DNA from: Mesotaenium endlicherianum
Taxonomy: Eukaryota
DNA: 64,000 bases
Assembly (NCBI GenBank): GCA_009602735.1
Contig: WELA01001939.1
Location: 158,862-222,861 of the forward strand
Reading direction: 5' to 3'
The position numbers were made by a program, and so were the translations under genes. The stretch's first letter is position 1. Each line of letters begins with the position of its first letter. This document shows positions 58,608 through 64,000 of the stretch, in pieces. The notes below the pieces were generated by a model, which was not told the DNA's origin, searched no databases, and saw only the letters and a program-made list of their open reading frames with translations.

Positions 58608-61471
58608 ATGGCTTCTTCACCTTCTCCCATGTGTCTGCCGCAATCAACTTTGGATGAGACTCGCTTACAAGGGGAGATAATTGAGGAGGGTGTCTTGAGC
58701 CCAACAACTGAGTTTGTGTTAGACAATGAGGGAGACGGAGTTGGAGTAGCAGGGGTTAAGAAGGTGCGCAAAAAGGAGTTATGGCCACTATGTGTGCAGG
58801 TTATGCTTGTAGATGTTTGTATTGCACAGAAGGTGCAAACAAAGGATTCTCAAGAACAAAAGAAAGCCACTGCTGATTGGCTTGCTTTAAGCCAGGGGAA
58901 ATCACGAACTGTTGGGGGGGTAGGTGGGTTCGCTACCAAGGGCAAGGCTGCACATAAGACCAGACTTGAAAGATGGTCGGATGTGTCGGGTGGGCTGGAA
59001 CTATTGGGTGTAACAAGATTGCCGGGACAATGTGCCTTGAAGTGGGCCACTCTTTATGCGGGCTACAAGGCCATCATTGATTTCTTGTCCAAGTCTGAGG
59101 TTCCCCCTGACTTTTTCAAAATGTCCCACGATGAGAAGCTAGACGCTATAGCAATTTATTCTATGTCAACTATGAACCCCAATTACGACCTAGAGATATT
59201 TGAGAAGATCCATGAGTATGCAGATGAACTTCACTCCGTCATCGGAGGTTTCCACATGTCGCCGGCAAGCGCCCAAGATGCGGCACGGGAGATGCTATGG
59301 GGTGAAGGACCTAAGAGGGAAAGCCGATTGAAGAGGCCATCGGATCCTTCTAAGCCTCAGCAGGTAAAATATCCCAAAACCATGTGGGTTGGAGGGATTG
59401 GCAGGCTGGCTGGCTTGTGCTGCTGGGATGTGCAGGGTTGGTAGGGGCTGTGCGGGACGGGGCTGTTGCTCGTTGCTTGCCTTCCCACTTTGCTGACCCT
59501 AACTGCACACGTTGAGGCAGGCTGCCAAGTGCTTGCCCCTGGTTACACACGTTTGGGCAAGTTGGCAGCAGCAGCAGGCCAGCAGCCTGCCCCTGCTTGC
59601 ACACGTTAGGGCGCGCTGCCAGCAGCCAACCCCTGGTTGCACATGTGGGGCGGCCAGCAGCTGGCCTCTTGCTTGTTTCCGATGGGGCAGGCTGGCTGCA
59701 GTAGGCCAGCAGCCCGCCCCTTGCATGTTTCCGTCAGGGCGGGCTTCTTGCATGCTTCTGTTGGGTGGGATGGCTGCAGCAGGCCAGCAGCGGACCCCTT
59801 GCTCGTTTTTGTTAGGGCGGGCTGGCTGCAGCAGGCCAGCAGCTACCCCTTGGTTGTTTCTATGGGAACGGGCTGGTTGCATGTTTCCATCGGGGCGAGC
59901 TGGTTGCATGTTTCTGTCGGGGAGGATTGGCTGTAGTAGGCCAGCAGCTCGTCCCTTGCTTGCTTCCATCGAGTGGGTTGGCTCCGTCAGGGCGGGCTGG
60001 CAGTAGCAGCAGGCCAGCAGCCTGCCCCAGCTTGCACACGTCGGGGCGGGCTGCCAACAGCCTGCCCCTGGATGCACATGTTGGGGCGGCCAGCAGCCGG
60101 CCCCTTGCTCGTTTCCGTTGGGGCGGGCTGGCTGTAGCAGGCCAGCAGCTGCCCCTTGCTTGTTTCTGTCACATTGCTTGTTTCTGTCATGGCGGGGTGC
60201 TTGCATGTTTCCGTTGGGGCGGGCATACGGCGACTCATGCCCTTTTCTTTTTGGTTTGCATGCAGGCTGCCCGAGCGACCCATTTTGCCAGCTCCTCTTG
60301 CGTGCCGTCAAGAGTCCAATTGGGTCACGCGACGAGCATCGTCATAGTAGGCCAGTATATGGTGGACGCCACTGTAGGGTGGCCTTTCATTCTGAGGTTC
60401 ACAGCTTATGATGATGCCCTTGAACCCGATGCACTTAGCGCTGCCACAAGGAACGTAAGTCATATACTTCTAAATTGCATTTATGCGTCTCACATTCTTG
60501 CGTTTGATATTTATAGTTATTTTTTTCATGGTCATCTATTTGACACGACATTCCTGTTGTTCTTGCAGGAGTTGATGCTGATGGCTACCATTGATACTGA
60601 GGCCACCATTGTAAAAGGCCACGAGGATGGTGACAGTAGTTTAGATGCGTACAGGTTCTCAGTGAAGATGGATACAGATCCTGGATTGTGGAGCTTGGTG
60701 GTGCAATCCAACCTCTTGTACTTGGCAAATGCAACGGACCGATCAAGGTATATTGAAATCGCAAGAGATGGCACAGCAACCCTTCCGGTCTGGCTTGTGC
60801 AATTGGTAAGTTCCCTCCTCCATCTTTATCAATTTGTGCAGCAATAGTGTCTGCATATGCTCACATGCAACCAACTTAGCAACCTTACCTACAAACCACG
60901 TTCTCTTACTTCATATGTCACATACAGGCTGAGCAGGAGCTTGAAGATGACGATGACACCATGCCCCAAGACGACCTAGAGACAAGTTTGGAAGAAGAGA
61001 TGAGTTGTGCAAAAGTGATGGTCGCAACACAGTAGATAACCTTGCTTCACTTTAATGTTTTCGCGTTTCATTTATCAAAATGGGTGCACCGCTAGTATGC
61101 AAGCTACTATACTCATGTCCTTGTATGTGTTGTTGAAGCAGGATGCTGCAAGTATAAAGAAGCGCAAGCGCCCGCGTGGCCAAGCACGTACTCCACCTTC
61201 GCTTGGCAGTGACCTGATGGAAGCTACCAAGATGCAAGTAGAGAACATGAGGGAAATAAGTAGGGACACTACACTTGTGGATGCCACAAGTGCATATAAT
61301 AAGGAGTTAGCAAAGGAGTCTAGGGAGTTCCAGAGAGAGCTTGCGAAAGATGCCATGGCTACTCAACTTGCATGCGCTAAGGAAATATATACAAGTATCA
61401 GTAGCAGCATCTCTGCACTTACTATGATGTTTGCCACCATACACAGCAAAGCTAACTCGGGAGGTGAATAG
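58608..61471 (+). CDS. Harbinger-associated Myb/SANT (trihelix-like) DNA-binding protein, spliced, possibly decayed
   Basis: Exon 58608-59363 encodes KKELW...ERWSDVSGGLELLGVTRLPGQCALKWATLYAGYKAIIDF, a trihelix/Myb-SANT pattern. Probable further in-phase exons are 60266-60454, 60569-60805, 60928-~61030 (donor unclear) and 61142-61471 (KKRKRPR NLS-like motif and a coiled-coil-like tail). Confidence 0.65.
59400..60235. repeat. GC-rich composite minisatellite in the Myb gene intron
   Basis: Repeated gcagcaggccagcagc...ccccttgc...gtttccgt.ggggcgggct units of about 25-50 bp. Confidence 0.85.
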
Positions 61472-61920
61472 ACTTTAATTTTTTCATATGACATTGTACA
61501 AGTATTACAAGGACATTAACAAGTATGTGTTTGCTAATGATACGCAGTGGTTATGATTTCATATTAAATACTGGTACGATTGATTGTGTTTGTGTGATTC
61601 AAATGTTTGCATTGTGTAGAAATATGTGTGCAGTTTTACTCTATTGCAAGATGTATTACAAGTTTAAAAGAACTTGCACATGCGTTGTAATATTATAATT
61701 AACTTCATGCAAGATGCGTCGATTACCACTGCCCATGTTCAAACATACACATGCATATCATTGCTCCGATGTGGGCAAACAACGCACACACATACATATA
61801 AGTTGGAGGGCATCTATAGAAGCTTATTCAAATTATATTTGTTACACATAAATAAGTTTTGCGACACTTACTTTCCTGATATACGCCTAGTACGTTTCCT
61901 ACACCCTATGAATAAATTGC

Positions 61921-63253
61921 CTACAAACTAATTTCTTCAAGGTCGTTGCAGAAGGAATTTCTCAACAAGTCTCGCACTTCTATGCCAAGGAGAGCCATTC
62001 TCCCATCTTCTACATGACGATCTACCTCTTGTGGTTCTGGCATGGGGTAGTCCTCTACGTTTGTCTCACGAATATCTATAAGCCAGTTGTGTAAAATGCA
62101 ACCAGCAATTAGAATGACAGAGGCATATTTTGTGTCATGCTTCAAAGAACGATCGACACCATTAAACAAGCGCCACACGTTCTTGAATATACCAAAGGTT
62201 CTCTCAACACACATCCTCTGACTAGAGTGCTGAAAATTGAATGTCGTACATGACACACTAATCACACAACGTACTTTCTCGTAAGGCGTAACCACTCATG
62301 GCATAATTTGATAACCCGCATCAGCTAAAAGATACGGCCTCACAAAATCTCCCAAATCTAACTCAACGTCGGGAGCGGCTGACAAGACATGAGATCTTTG
62401 CACATACTCATTGTGGACAGGAGATGCTTTAAAAATGCGAGAGTCGTGCACTGAGCCGGGCCAACCTCCATACACATCCAAGAAACGACACTGTGAATCA
62501 ACTATCGCTTTCAAGACAATTGTGTAGTCACCTTTTCTGTCGTGGTAGCATCCGCCCAGCCATCCAGGAGGTCTCTTGATCTTGATATGAGTGCAATCAA
62601 TTGTTCCAGCGATACCTCTCCAGCCATACTTCACTTCAAAGGCATCCATAACCCTTTGAAGTGGCGCACCAGAAGGATATTGAACACGACTGGAATCTAC
62701 TAAAACGAGGGCAGCAGATACTTCTCTAATTGCTATGCAAACGGTTGCTTCTCCAAATCCAAGTATTTCGCTTATTGTCAGCAACGTGCAACCCCCTGCT
62801 AGCCTCAAAAGAGTAGCAGCCACCTTTTGCTCCGTACTCACGGGCTTGCGTACAAAATTTGTCTTACCCCTTAATACAAACGGTTGAACGCATCTAACCA
62901 GGACCTTAGAATTGCCCCTAGAGACGTCGCCACCTAACGTCATCCCACTGCCTCATAACGACTCTCTCGAACCAAAGTGAGCACCTAGGCAACACGTACA
63001 GTCTATGTTGCAAGCGTTTCTTCTTCCTTGACAGATGGGCATAGTAGCATAGCACGGTATGCTGCATGCTAGCATGCCTTAGCAATTGCTTACTCTCATT
63101 TGCTTGGTTCTCAATTGCAGCATGTACCTCATGGATGGTGTTTCGGAGGACATCACCAAACCTCTCTTCAAGAGAGGCCCACTGGTTGACAGCAAATATA
63201 ACGATGAGGAGAGCGACAACTGTTGTAAACTTCTGTGCTCCAAGTGCATCCAT
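61921..63253 (-). pseudogene. PIF/Harbinger (HARBI1-like, DDE_Tnp_4-type) transposase, inactivated
   Basis: Motifs PVSTEQKVAATLLRLAGG, IAGTIDCTHI, YHDRKG, GWPGSVHDSRIF, LLADAGY, RMCVERTFGIFKNVW and CILHNW. Frameshift near 62918-62943 and an in-frame TGA at 62296-62298 (P*VVTPY, probably from TGG). Confidence 0.9.
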
Positions 63254-63384
63254 GGTTACGAGAACATGTAATGCGGAAGTAAAATGGCAGGATCGGAACC
63301 TGACCCCCCCCCCCCCACCCCACCTCACCCCACCCCAACGCACCTCACTCCACCCTCTCAACGAGCCATTGTGAGCAGCAAGCC

Positions 63385-64000
63385 TACCCAGACACAACNT
63401 AGCCAGCCCGACCCGACATAAACGTGCAAGGGGGGGGCTTGCTGGCCTGCTAGGCCAGCTCGCCCCGACGGAGACGTGCAAGAAGCCTATCCCAACAGAA
63501 ACAAGCGAGGGGCCGGCTGTTGGCCTGCTGCGCCAGCCCGCCCCGACGAAAACGTGCAAGGGGGGGGCTGCTGGCCTGCTGCGCCAGCCCGCCCCGACAA
63601 AAATGTGCAAGGGGGGGGCTGCTGGCCTGCCGCAGCCAGCCCGACCCGACGGGAACGTGCAAGAAGCCCGCCCCGACAGAAAAGAGCGAGGGGCCGGCTG
63701 CTGGCCTGCTGCACTCAGCGTGCCCCGACGGAGACGTGCAAGAAGCTCCCCCCAACAGGAAAGATCAAGGGGCCGGCTGCTGGAGAGCTGCAGCCTGTGC
63801 GCCCCGACAGAAACGTGCAAGGGGGGGGTGGCTGGCCTGCCGCAGCCAACCCGACCCGACGGGAACGTGCAAGAAGCCCGCCCCGATAGAAACGAGCGAG
63901 GGTCCGGCTGCTGGTCTGCTGCAGCTAGCCCGACCCGACGGAGACGTGCAAGAAGCCCGCCCCGACGGAGAAGAGCGAGGGGCCGGCTGCTGGCCTGCTG
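63385..64000. repeat. GC-rich composite minisatellite, reverse-complement relative of the 59400-60235 array
   Basis: Units agcccgccccgac.gaaacgtgcaag...ggggccggctgctggcctgctg run to the window end. Confidence 0.85.

Larger units (their letters stand above)
58098..64000. mobile_element. PIF/Harbinger DNA transposon (decayed; right end outside the window)
   Basis: A Myb/SANT gene (+) and a DDE transposase (-) lie convergently, the two-gene organisation typical of PIF/Harbinger. Candidate left end TAA|GGGCCTACTTACAG at 58095-58111 fits the TAA/TTA target site and G-rich TIR start of this superfamily. The left boundary is inferred. Confidence 0.8.

Overview
Eukaryotic nuclear DNA from an intron-rich, GC-rich plant-lineage genome with many N gaps. 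A streptophyte alga is inferred from land-plant-like orthologues, very GC-rich exons and microsatellite-laden introns; the species cannot be determined from the window. Four spliced host genes were reconstructed by hand. (1) A VIR3-like chloroplast zinc-metalloprotease-type gene (minus, runs off the left edge). (2) NAA20, the NatB catalytic subunit (minus, complete, 6 coding exons). (3) An ICME-like isoprenylcysteine methylesterase (plus, head-to-head with NAA20). (4) An ALA3-type P4-ATPase lipid flippase (plus, about 26 kb, several exons hidden in gaps). The right end holds a disrupted F-box/LRR-like gene, LTR-like repeat debris and a decayed PIF/Harbinger transposon (Myb/SANT gene plus DDE transposase) carrying two oppositely oriented GC-rich minisatellite arrays. 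The most unusual signals are in the introns. Many have C-rich 5' ends and G-rich or (GT)n 3' ends with no polypyrimidine tract, a possible structure-bridged splicing code. Several contain degenerate copies of their own exon-intron junctions. No rRNA, tRNA or CRISPR array was found.
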